64,000 bases of DNA from positions 20,026,001 to 20,090,000 of the forward strand of contig CM106585.1 in NCBI GenBank assembly GCA_048013815.1, given 5' to 3'. Position 1 is the stretch's first letter. Each line of letters begins with the position of its first letter. Source of the DNA: Setoptus koraiensis (Eukaryota > Animalia > Arthropoda). The notes beneath the pieces are model-generated. The model had not been told where the DNA came from. It saw only the letters and a list, made by a program, of their open reading frames with translations, and did no database searches. Shown piece by piece: positions 20,501 to 33,470 of the stretch. The translations under genes and the position numbers were made by a program.

Positions 20501-23500
20501 ATAGTCGCAGTTCATAGCATCGCATAATCGGACGGCGCTCGCCGGGCGCGGATAATGAATATTTAATTAATAATTAAGATCAATTGTTGCTGTTATATTT
20601 ACCTTCGGCGCGCCGCAAAGCCCGAGTGGGCCAGCAAAGGTAAACATGAGGCAAATATAAGGTAAATCTGAGCCGATTCGATGTGGCCGCTCGCTACTGT
20701 CAGTGGCTACTGGCCGCGGCACTTGTCGCGCTTTTGCATGCACAGTGCATTTGGGCCGATTTGGCGCGCATTCGGGCCGATTTTCGGCCTGACTCGGGCC
20801 GGCCGATTTGAGCGATTTGAGCGCATCGAACGACCGTTGAGAATCGCATTACCGCCGGCGCTCAGGCGCCGGCGACGAGCTGGCCGCTCGAAGCGCAATA
20901 TTCGGCCGATTTCGGCCGATCGAGTGCGAGGGCGGCCGCTCGGCCGACGCGAAGCGTATCGCCGATTGCGTAACCAGAGTGCACACTCTGTCACGGGCCA
21001 GTCTGTGGCGTTTGCGGCGCCGACGGTCAGCCGACGGCCAGTCGATGCTCAGCCGACGGCCAGCTGATGCGCTCACCTGTTGCCGGCGCATTCGCAGTCT
21101 GCGAATTGCGGAGACGCTCGCCGGCGCATTCGCGGAGACGCTCGCCGGCCAGCGCCGGCAACGACGCAATGATTTGGGCCGAGATTTGTGGCGCGAAACG
21201 CAGCAGTCGACGAGCGGCGCTCGTCGAGCGAGTTGCTCGGCAAGTAAGTGCGCATTTAGGCGTGAATTTCGTCTGGGCGAACGGGCCGACTGCGGCCGTT
21301 TTGTTGTCGGTTTCGCGGCCGTTTTGTCGCGGTTTCGGCGCCGTTTCGCTGTCGGTTTTGCTGCCGTTTTGCCGTCGGTTTTGCTGCCGTTTTGTCGTCG
21401 GTTTTGTCGCGGCCGCTTCGCTGCCCGATCGGCGGCTGTGGGCGCCGCTACAATTATGCGCGCGAAATAATGCAACCGGCGGTCGGGTGTCACCTGGCCG
21501 GTCGGTCACAGTTGGCGGGCGGCCGGCAAGCGACAAACAACAATCGCCGAGCTAGTCTAATTATTCACTGTCACAATTGGCTTTGTGTTTCCTAATTGTG
21601 GCGCACGGCTAAGCTAATTAGCCGAGCGACTCTCACCTGTGCCCGGCTCACCTGTGCCCGGATCATCTGTGCCAGTCTCACCTGTGCCAGTTTCACCTGT
21701 GCCAGTCTTGCGATTGTTAGCTGAGTGAGCGTGCCAAATGAGTTACAGCGCCAGTCGCTCTGTTTGTCTTGCCTTGTTTGGCTGACACAACAGACACAAC
21801 AAAGGGCGAGAACGAGAACGTCGCAACTGGCGCACAGGTGAGTAGACTGGCACAGGCGAGAGTGGCACAGGCGAGAGTGGCACAGGTGAGAGTGGCTCAG
21901 GTGAGACTGGTGGCGCGAGAAAGGGTAGCGCCGGCAGAGGGCAGAGGCAATTTGTGTTGGGATATTTTCTGTTGGGCGCCAAGACCAGCCAAAGAAGGCG
22001 GCTCGCCCATTGGCGAGGCTCTCGCACTCTGTTGGGCTTGCCAACAGAGTGCGCTAAACAGACTGTGTGTCGGCGGGCAGAGTTGATTTCAAGTTCAACA
22101 CGCGCAACGCAGCGCCATGATGATGAATGCCGACTGACAATTCGACTTATTTGAATACAGTGTGAATTAGTTGTTCTCGTTACCTGTTCGAATCGAATGC
22201 GCATGCAACTACTGGTTCCGTTTGACCTTGAGCGCACACTCACTACCTGTTGTTACTTTTAGCTACTCACCTGTTAAACACACACACACACACAGCTTTG
22301 CAACCACTTGTTGTTGTTGTTGTGCTGCTGTCGTTGTTGTCGTTGTTGTTGTTGGTGTTGTTGTTAGTGTTGTCGTTGTTGCTGTCGTTGTTGTTGTTGG
22401 TGTTGTTGTTGTTGTCGAGCCAACTCTTTGCGCTTGCCACTCTCGCCGTGCTTTGTCTTTGTGTTGTCGACTTTGTTCTGTCGTCGTTGGCCCACTCTCG
22501 CACCGCAACCGCACACAATTGCATTGTCTGCCCGCTCAGGCATGTGTTAAATGTGCGCATATTGCACGTCGCGCACATTCAAGCCCCGGCTTATGCAGGC
22601 TGGAAAGCGCGGCGGCGCTGCTCGCTGTGCCGATTTGTCGTTGCGTTGCGAGCGCATTCGCAGAGAACGCCGAATCGCAGAGAACGCCGAATCGCAGAGA
22701 ACGCCGAATCGCCAGTCTTGCAGAGAATTGCGTTGCAGTTTTAGGCGCGATTTAGACGCGATTTTTGGACGCGATTTTCAGACGCGAATCTTGCACCAGA
22801 GAATTGCACTGCCAGACGGAGCCACTTGCCACCCACAACAAACGAGCAACCAACAACTTGCCAACAACTTGCCAACGACGGCCGACAGGTAGCGGCAAGC
22901 GGCAGCTAAAACAATGTGATAGCCGAGTATTTTGCATTATCATTTTGCACTCGACATATCGGTTTGCTCGGCTTTGTTTGCCACCAGTCGCAACAGCAAA
23001 TCGGCGCCGCTTACAATGTCGGCCGAACGCGCAAGCCAAATCAAGCGCGCCACCAGTCGGCGGGTGTGCATGACTGGCCGCCACTCCATTACGGTTACGT
23101 ATGGATCGCATTGTTATGTCGAGCCAACAGCCGCTGTCACCTGTCGCTGTTGTTGCTGTTGCTGTTGTTGCGACAACTACCTGTCGCTAACGGTGCCCGC
23201 TACTGTCAAGTGACTCAAGAATCTTGAGTCAAGATCGGCGCAGCGTGAGCAGCGTGCGCCGACATGGGCGACGTGCGAAACGTGAGCACCGCAGCACTGT
23301 TTGTGTTGCAGGGCGACAACAACAGGTTGGCAATTCGGCCAGTCTGTGCACAGGTGAGTGACCAATTCACAGGTGAGTGGCCAATTCGCAGGTGAGTTTG
23401 CGCCGCGCAAATCGGCGCAGATTTTCATCCGGATTGAGCTGTTGTTTGGGTTGCGCGGCCGAAGCGGGCTGACGGTCGCAGACGGTTCGCTGGCAAGACA

Positions 23501-24368
23501 ATGAGCATTGTTTTTGGCGCCGCAAGTCGCCGCGAATCGCCGCAAGTCGCCGCGAGCAGCCGCTGGTCGCCGATGTGCAGCGACACATGGTAAAAAGAGA
23601 CGCAGTTTTGCATAGTTTACCAAGTGATACACAATGCACGATATATCACAATCGTAATGATGTATGAATCACATAAATGATACAGAAATTCTGCAACAGA
23701 ATTTCTGTAACAGAATGCGCGGCGGCACAGGGCGCGCGGCGCAGCGCACAGCCGGCAGCGGAGCGAGCGGCAGTGGAGCGCGCGTTGGCGTGAGTCAAGC
23801 ACCAATTTACGCAAAAACTGCAAAGTCGACGGGCTAGACGAAATTTCAATAAAAATAGCTAAATAGCTAAAAATACAATACAACAACAACAATATAATGC
23901 AAAATAATGCAAAATATTAGCCCCGATCCAATAACAAAAACGATAATTAAGAGAGCAAAAGCGATCGTAATTGCTAACAAATGTGAATCTAATCAATATT
24001 CATTCGCAAATAGGCGAGGCGCGCGCGCTCAAGTAACTTGAGTCAAGTTGCCGTGGCAAGTTGGCTCGTTTATGTTGTATTGTCGCGCGAGTCGCGAGCG
24101 ATCAGCCCAAAAACAAAGCGAGCGCTGCCATTTTTGTCGGATTTTTGTCGGATTTTTGTCGGATTTTTTGTTGGATTTTTTGTTGGATTTTATCAGATTA
24201 TTCATCAGATTATTGATCAGATTAGCGAGATTGGCAGCAGTCGGATATTCGCCAGTCGGCGGGTTATTCAGACAATAGTCTGACTGATTGCGAGTGAGCT
24301 TGCGCGAGCAGTCGATAGCTCACACGGCGGCGGCTCGGTCGGGCTGGCGGCCCATTATCGGTCTGCTT

Positions 24369-24542
24369 AATACTATTACTATTTTTGATACTATTACTAT
24401 TTTTGATACTATCACTATTTCTGATACTATCACTATTTCTGATACTATCACTGGTTTTAATGCTATCGCCAGCATTGATACCATTGCTGGTTTTAATTCT
24501 ATCACCGATATTAATACTGCTGCCGATATTAATACTGCCAGT
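24369..24542. repeat. About 9.5 x 18-bp AT-rich minisatellite with a divergence gradient
   Basis: GATACTATYACTATTTYT units degrade rightwards into AATACTGCTGCCGATATT; read in frame as (D/N)TITxx. Confidence 0.85.
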
Positions 24543-27500
24543 TGCGCTGTCAGCCGTTGTGGGCGCTGCCGGCGGAGACTGAATTATGGAAAGTGAATTA
24601 TCAAAGAGTCAAAATTATCAAAAAGTCAAAATTATCAAAAAGTCAAAAGTGCTCAAAAGTGTTGCACTTGTTGGCTGCACAACGGCATTGTTGGGCAACT
24701 GGAACTGGTGTGTCGAAACGGGCACAGATCGCTGGCTAATTGGGCGCCAATCGAATCGATCATTGCGACTGACAATTGCGAGTCGCTGGCTTTATAGCGC
24801 GACTTGCACTGGATACCGCGATATCGGCAAATCGGCAGCCGCGATATCGGCAAATCGTAACAAACTATTAGCTTGATACTGTCGAGCTGACGGTGTTGAG
24901 GCATTATTGCATTATTAAATTATGCGCTGGCCCGCGCGCAAAACAATACGCCGAGACGAAATAATGCGGCAACACAACGTAACACGGCAACACAAAATAA
25001 TATGGCGCCGATACGGAATAATACGGCGATACGGCGATACAAAATACAAAATGCAAAACACAAAATGCAAAACACAAAATACAAAATAATGCGGCGGCGG
25101 GCGAGCGCCCCATTGCACGAGCGCGCTGGCTCGCAATCTTGTTCAATCGCGTCGGTTGCACAAGATTGCGGCTTGCCAGGCATTTATGAATCATGTTTGC
25201 GAACGCCGTTGCGAGTGGCACCATTGCGAGTCGACTTGCGACTTGCGACTTGTGATATATCCACGAGCTGCCTTCCATGTGATTTATCCACGAGACAGCC
25301 GCCGATATCCGACAGCCGCTGTTGCCCGACAGGCGCCGATATCCGACAAACAGTGGGTCGGATAACAGAGTCGCGCAATCGCATTTGGAGTGAAAACGCG
25401 ATCGCAATCTGCAAGCGAAAGCTGTAAGTCACCTGTCGCTCGCTTCGCCGGCCCAATCCGACATTGTGAGCGTTGTCATAACTGGCTCTCGTTGCAGTCG
25501 GCGGGCAATTGGAGCCATTAGAGCAGCGCTGGCGTTCGGCTGCCATTAGAACTGGCTTACTTTTTATTTTATACGTTTGTGCGTTTGTGTGTTTTGCATG
25601 TCTTGTGTCTTGAACGTTTTATGTGCCTTATATATCGGCGCTGCATTAACAACAGCAACAGCAATTCTGTGTCGGCGAGATGCTAGCGCTGACAACATTC
25701 AACAACAGCAACAGCAACAACGACAGCAACAGCAACAGCAACAACAACAACGAGCACGTTGTGCTAGAACTCAAAATCTAGTTAAATCTCAAAATCTGGC
25801 GAACGGCTCGACAGCGAGCGCTCGGCACAACGCGCACCAACAGACGAGAGACAAGAATGGAAAGTGGTTCTCGCCGCGCTTGCTCTTGGCTTGATTTACT
25901 TAACTAATAACACTTGTTGCTGCTGCTGTTGCTGCTGTTGGTATCGATGACGACAGCAGCAATCGTGCCGAGAACGCGAAGAATCCGGCGTCGCCAGCGG
26001 CAGCCAGCGCAAGCCAGCGCGAGACAGCGCGAGACAGCGCAAGCGAAAAATGGAGCTGACAGACAGACAAACAAACATTCGCGATTCGAGAATCGCGATT
26101 CGCGAAAATAATGAGAATAGTCGATTGTGAGCAACTCGTCGTCTATTCACAACGGCGGACCCAACGACAGCAACAACAACGACAGCAACAACAACGACAG
26201 CAACAACAACAACAACGACAACAACAACAGCAGCAGCAGCAACAACAACAGCACAACAACGACAGCCAGAAGAATGAGAAATAATAAGAATGGAGGGCAA
26301 TAAATAAACCACTGGCATGGTATTTATAACCACTTGTTGGCGCTGATGACGGCTGCCGCTCTCGCATGCAAACGAAAGTCGCAACAATAAGACGCCGGCC
26401 CGATCAAGTCGGGCGCGCGTGCTCTAATGCGCTCATCCGATCTGATGAATCAATTTGTTTTCGCCTCCATCCGATCCTGTTGTTGCTGTTGTGCTGCTGT
26501 TGTTGTTGCTGTACTGTTGTTGTTGTTGTTGTGCTGCTGTTGTTGTTGTTGTGCTGTTGTTGTTGTTGTTGTGCTGTTGTTGTTGTTGTGCTGTTGTTGT
26601 TGTTGTGCTGTTGTGGCACCGTATGTTGTGCAGAATCACAACAACAGCCAACTACCCGGCCAGCGTTGCGAGACTGCCGAACAGAGCCCACAAAGCTCCA
26701 TTTTACGCTCACCTGTGCCGACAGGTGAGAACACTCATTCCGATTCGGAATTCCCGAATGGCCGCTGTCGGCTTTTGGCCGCTCCGCAACGCTTGCCCGT
26801 GCCGACCGAGCAGCCATTTATTTCCCTGTGAGCGGGCCCACGAACGAGCGGGCCCTCGAACGAGCGGGCCCTCGAACGAGCGGGCCGGTTCCCGAGCTGG
26901 ACCAGCATCCATCTTTCATTTTTAATTGTGGGCACGTCTGGCGGCCCCTCGAAACCCCACGTTCGGCCAAATCGGCTCACGTTGGGCCGATTGGCCCACG
27001 TTCGGCCGGATCGCCTCGCAATTGTCAACTCACAATTGTTAGCCGCATTGAGCGCCCCCTGGCAAAGAGGCTGCCACAATCCTGTCACAAGATTCTTGTG
27101 TCGATGCGGATAAATAAGCAAATAAGGCAGCCGCGATGCGGCCAACAAAGGCAACAACTCCGACGCCACAATGCACAATCCGATCCTACAGGCTGCCGGT
27201 ATCTCCAGTCGACAGCGCGATGTGCGTTTGCTTCAGTTCACCTGTTGTAGACTAAACTAGTAAACTTGTTTTTTTCTTGTTCACTCTCGCTTCTTATTCT
27301 TATTATTATTGTTGTTGTTGTTGTTGTTGTCGTTGCTGCTGTTGTCGTTGCTGCTGTTGCCGATCTCACCAATATCACCAATCTTGTCAGTCGCTATCCC
27401 GACAACGACAACAACAGCAACAGCAACCACACCACTAACAGCAGCAGCAGCAACAGCCGCGCCAGCAACAAGTCAGCGGCTAAATTACTCGAAAATAATC

Positions 27501-27667
27501 CATCTCTCTCTGTTTATATCCATCTTTATATTTATATGCGCTAACAAGTGTTAGCATATGCGTACGCTAACAAGCGCGCGCTCTGTGCAGTTGAATATTT
27601 ATATCTCATTTATAGCTATTCGCTGGCAAGACAGTCGTCGTATTATAAATAATAATAATAATAATAA

Positions 27668-27769
27668 AATGAAACGAGACGAAACGAAACGAAATGAAAC
27701 GAAACGACGAAACGAGACGAAATGAATTAGAATGAAACGAAATGAATTGGAATGAAATGAAGTGAAATA
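27668..27769. repeat. Pentamer array (GAAAC/GAAAT)n
   Basis: aatgaaacgagacgaaacgaaacgaaatgaaacgaaac... Confidence 0.85.
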
Positions 27770-30700
27770 AAAGTGCATTCACAAAAAGTGTAATGATAAT
27801 TGAGCGCGAGCGAACGCGCGCGCGCGCGCTCTTCTCTTCACCGCAACTCTGCTGCTGTCGGTCTAGCCAGATACCTGGCGAATATCTGGCGAATATCTGG
27901 CGAACGTCTGGCAAATATCTGGCAGATATCTGGCAGGCTCACAATGCCGAGTGTGAGTGTCGAGAGCCGGCACCAAATGAATACAAAATGATCCGCCGGA
28001 CTACTACTAGAGGCGCTACTCGATTTGTGTCGAGTCGAGACTCTCGAGACACTCTGCCAGAGTGACTCTGGCATGGCTGTTGCACAGGCTGCAACAGGTT
28101 GGCACATTGAGGTGCCAAAGCTCAAAAAGCTCGCCAAGCCGCCATCCCATAATCTCTATTCATGCAAAGAAGAATTCATTATTTTAACCACTTGTAATCT
28201 ACTGCGCGATACGATAACATAGCAAGACGAGAGCAGACGATACGACGACATGATATGATACGATATGATACGATAAATATATGTGTTCTCGTCGTCGTAT
28301 CATCGTCGTAGTAGCGTGTCAGCGCTGGCGTTTATGATGATAACCAAACAGCAACAGCAACAACTATTAAAATCCATCCATATGTTTGCTTAGCTGGCTG
28401 TGGTGATTATTATAAACTATTAGAGCTATTTAGAAGAGATAAATAAATGTTGTTTTTATTAAAACTATCATGAAACTTGCCCTAATGCTCTTGATGCTCT
28501 TTAATAAACAACAACGGCACCGCGCTCTAATGAACGTTTCAATTCTTTTGTTTCAATTCTCTTGTTTATAATTCTCTCTCTCTCTCTCTCTTTCTAATTA
28601 TCTCGCGCTCTAACACTCGCTCTCACACGTCGCCTGTTCGACAACCTGTCTCATTGTGTCTAACAACAACTTGACTGCCACAATAGGCCTACAACCGCCA
28701 CTGCACCAACAACCACGCCAACGACAACAACCACAACCACAGCAACGACAACAGCAAGACAACAACAACGACAACAACAACGACAACGACAACGACAACG
28801 ACGACAACAACTACAACTACAGCGCCAGCATCAAGTCTGCAAAGTGCACCACAAACGCACAGCTAAATGGCTCACTAAAGCTTGAATTGAATATCACTTT
28901 AGACCTAACATGAACAAGATTGTTTGCGCGAGCTAACCGCCACAACAATGGCACCGGCACCAGCACCAGCAACACTCATCAACGCTAAATGCAACAAATG
29001 CCAGTCAAATACGAATGATGCAAGCCATGCAAATGATGACGATTGCAACAACGGCAACACTGTGTGTTGTCTCGTTGTATGCAAATTAATATGTATTGAC
29101 ACGTAGCGTTGACTTAATTAACACGTGCTCACGCCCATTGACTTGATTGGACCAGCTACTGGCATGAACTTTTTAGGCTGCTGCCAGTGCTCGAGAATAC
29201 TCACAAAAGTCTCTCTCTCTCTCTCTCGGCATTATATCTGGCACTTGCTAAACGGCTAAACGCTGTTGCTGCTGCCTAACGACGATTGGCGCTCAAATCC
29301 TCAAACGAGTGCACTGTTGCTGTTGTTGCTGTCGCTGTTGTGATAAGCTTGCCAAGTAGTACAACAAGTTAGCTAGTTTACAACAACAGCAACGACAGCA
29401 CCCGCCTGCCAGACAGATAATTCAGGTGCAAGGCACGAATGTAAAGCATACCTGTAAAGTGGTTGTTGTAGCAAGCGTTTGTGAGCAAGTGTGTGCAGAA
29501 TAGCAAGATTGAAATAATAATCTTTCTCTCGCTCTCCTCATCAACAATCTTGTTAATAACATGGACGGATAGACGCCAGTGATAGAAACAAGCCTAATTA
29601 TAAGATCGATAGCAATAGGCGCGAGATGATAGTGATAATCAAATTGAAAATTATTGATCCATGCTACCACTACAACAACCACGACGAGCGACACAGCCAG
29701 CAACAGCAACAACTGCAACTACAACTGCAAGAGACACTGGCATTTAAAGACCACGCTCGAGCCTAACACGATATTGAAACAACAACAAAATAGTTATAAT
29801 GTAATGTGATTGACGACATTTCCGACTACCAACATTAAATAGTCTGTCTGTCTATCTGTCTGTCTGCTTATATCTATCTGGCCAGGTTTGTTTGTTTGTT
29901 TGTTTGTCTGCTCTCACTAGCTTCATAATTCGATTAATGGCGCTTGAGACGACTTTCTCCGGCAATACAACTACTACAACTACTTGCCACCAATAATACC
30001 ACACACAACATAAGCTTGCCACACAAGTGGCGCTAGTTGCTTGCCAGTTTTAGACAGGTGAGTTGCATATTCACCTGTATCACACAACACAGGTGAGCTT
30101 GCCAGTGAGCCAGCATCAAGTGGCTGGGATAACAACCCGTTGTGTGAAACTGTGCCTCTGTTATCCTCGCAGGTGAGCTGCTTTACATTGCTGCTATTGC
30201 TGGCAGCAGCAGCACAATGGCAGCGCCCATGTGATTACATTTAGCCGCCATTGGAGCGCTTGCAGGAGAGTTATCTAAAAGTCGCGACAAGCCGACAATA
30301 TGCGGATTAGTGGGGTGCGAAGTAGCGCACGTTTTGATTCATTTCAATGGAAACGTCAGCATCTTGTTCTCTGTTGTTGTCTTGGTCGACTTTCAACAAC
30401 AACAACAACAACAACAGCAGCAACAAGATCAATACAAGATCTTTCTGCGTGCTCTTTATCAACGATCATCGTCGTGTCAGCTGTTGCACGTCGATACAAC
30501 CACAATAATAATAATTACCCCGGCGGTTGCAGTGCTCGGGGCGTGCATTGTGAGACATACTTCACGGCAGTGGAACCGAGCCGACAGAAGTGACTAACAG
30601 ACCCAGTAAACTACTAGACTAGATTGTCTCCAGTTGCTACGTAAGCAGCACACATGACGAGATATAAATCTACTCTCAAATGTATAACTCGATTAATCAA

Positions 30701-30780
30701 CGAGCTCAGGTGAGTCATGCGGCGCGCACCACGACATTTTGTTGCCGCTGTCGCTTGCTGTTGTTGGTGATGGTTCCTGA

Positions 30781-30892
30781 TTCAGTTCGGATCGGCTCGG
30801 CTCGGTTTTGTTCGGTTCTGTTTGGATCGGCTCGGTTCGGATCTGTTCGGTTCTGTTCTGTTCGGATCGGCTCGGCTCGCTTCAGTTCGGGC
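30781..30892. repeat. Pentamer array (TCGGY/TCTGT)n
   Basis: ttcagttcggatcggctcggctcggttttgttcggttctg... Confidence 0.85.
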
Positions 30893-33361
30893 TCGCGTCC
30901 TCATATCGCGGCGACAACCACCAACACGGCAAACTATTCGTTATTATTTAGTAATACTTTAGTATTGATATCACCACTCGCTGCCGCTGAGCGATGGCGG
31001 CCACAGTTTGCGCTGCCTGACAATTTAGTCAGCGCGATCACTTTTGCCTTTTTGCCAAACAAACACTGATATAAATAAATTGACGGCCGCTTTGGGTGTG
31101 GCCAAAGGTCGACGAATCTCGGCTGCCTGTTGCTTGCCTGGCCGGTGCCTGCTGCTGCTGCTGCCGCTGTCCGACACGACAATTCTAACGAGCAATCAAA
31201 GAATTGTATTAAATTTCGTCGCGAATCACGTGAAACGTTGCTGTGTTGTTGTTGTTGTTGTTGCTGTTGTTTCATTTCAATACGCATATTTCTAAATATT
31301 CATAGATATATTTATAAATATATTTGTGCCCAATGAAACGAATTTGAATAAGTATACCGATGCGATGCGCTCATCCCCTTTATATTATCGCCTGTTTATG
31401 TCGCCATGTGTATAATGAGCATTGTGATGGCAGCAAATAGTATTCTCGCATGTGTATTGAATCGATCTGACATGTGATCCATGAACAAGAAGCTAATTAT
31501 GATGATGGTATTGTTGCGACAAGCGTGAAATGGCACTGTTGGACGACAACAATTCAACTTTCACTTCTTTCATCTTATCTCTCCATTATCTCTGGCTTTG
31601 CCCGTCCTGTCCTGTCCTGTCGTGGCTGTCTGCCTCACTACGGCCATGGCTATATCTTGTGTTGTTGTGTGCGTATCGGCACAAACAATTGGCGTTGTTT
31701 GTGTATGCTGGTGCTGCTGCTGACGATGAGGACAGGAATTAGCAAGGAATTAAGAATGGGATTATCGCTCAAACAATAACGGCCCATGAATCATAATTTC
31801 TAGATCTAACCTTATCCTGCCTACCCCCCGGCCGAGTGCTCCTTAGCCTCCGTAGGCACCTGAGCCTAGCCCAAACGGTCACGTAGTTTCAAACGAAAGT
31901 AAGCGGCAACCATCACGTGAGTGGTATGATACTGGCACTACTGACACGACGGTGAGTACCAGGAATTGAATCGCCAAATGTTTAACCTCTCGGCGGCTCT
32001 GCTCAGCTATGCCACGCTTGTGCGAGTGTCCACCTAAATTTGAACCTGAAACTATTTCAAACTAATATAATCCAATCCTACCTATCCCTTTGCTGGTGCT
32101 GGCATGCCTATCCTTCCACTCGTGAACTTGATCTTCTCTCTGTCTCATTTGTCTCATCTCCTTCATTTAGCCTCCATATTTGTTGCAGCTCCACATTATT
32201 TTCGTCGAAGTGAAGATAAATATCTTTTCGGGCTATTCCACTGGCCAACTTGCTGGCGCTTATCTGTTGATCGGATCTGTTCGCGTTGTGGTCGCGACTT
32301 GGCGATAATGAATCGATTGAGCCAAATCGAAAATATGTATGCAAAATGTAAATCAGCACACAACAAACAAACACACACACACACTCACATGTGGCTCATG
32401 GATAATATTAGTAATAAATATCTGAGCTGATTAATATTGTATGCACCGGCAGACAAACAACAAATAGCTCGAGTGCAACGTGTTGCCGGCCAGTCCGATG
32501 ATTTTATTTCAATTTATTTTATTTCAAAGGGGGCACGTGGTGCACCGCAACGCGCCAACGTGTCAACAGTTTCATTACATTTTATCGGCACGACTGGCGC
32601 ACAACGTTACACTTTGTGTCACTGTGCCGGCTCCGCTACTCTAGTTACAGTGGTGTCAGAAGCAACACTGTGCACGCCGGTCCGCCGACGAAGAGGGCCG
32701 CCGGCCAACTCACACCAATGCTGGCCCTCGGTGTGCGTCTCGCACTCAATCATGACTTGGCACAGTTTACACAATTGACCACTACACTGTGCCTGTGTCT
32801 CGATGGTGTTATGATGGTGTTAATACAAAGCCATGCACTGCACGCTTGTGTCAGGTATATCTCGAGCACTCCAATTAGAAAATTAGAATCAATCACGAGT
32901 ATGTGTATCACCTGTGTTGATGTAATGACCAGATCAATCACTATTAGACTTATACTTTATATACAACTGCTCAATCGGAATATTATTTAGAATAATTTTT
33001 CAGCTTTCCAGCAACTCGGCCACATTTAGACACACACTTCTAGACTGATTAAGACAGATGGTGAGATATGATGGTGAGACGGACAGACTGAGACAGAGAA
33101 AGATTACCTAACAACGTCCGGACAAGATAGAGAGGACTAGGGGCGGCTGCGCCCAGCCTTGCTCAGGTGATTTTTCGGCCGCGGTGTTCGGGCGAGCGAT
33201 AGACGACGGCGAATGTCAGTCACGAACGATAGGAGCTGCTTGATGACTTAATCTGAATATATCGAGCATTGGCCATTGAGCACCGCGCATATATATCGGG
33301 GAAATAAATAAAATAGCCAAACAACAAATGGAGCCATTGCCAGCGGCTGCTGCCAGCCAAA

Positions 33362-33470
33362 TGATTCGATTCAATTCAATTCGATTCAATTCACTGCACC
33401 AATTCCATTGATCTATTCCATTCCATTCCATTCCATACCATTCCATTCCATTTCATTCCGTTTCAGTGCT
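33362..33470. repeat. Pentamer array (ATTCC/ATTCA/ATTCG)n
   Basis: attcgattcaattcaattcgattcaattc...tattccattccattccattccataccattccattccatttcattcc. Confidence 0.85.
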
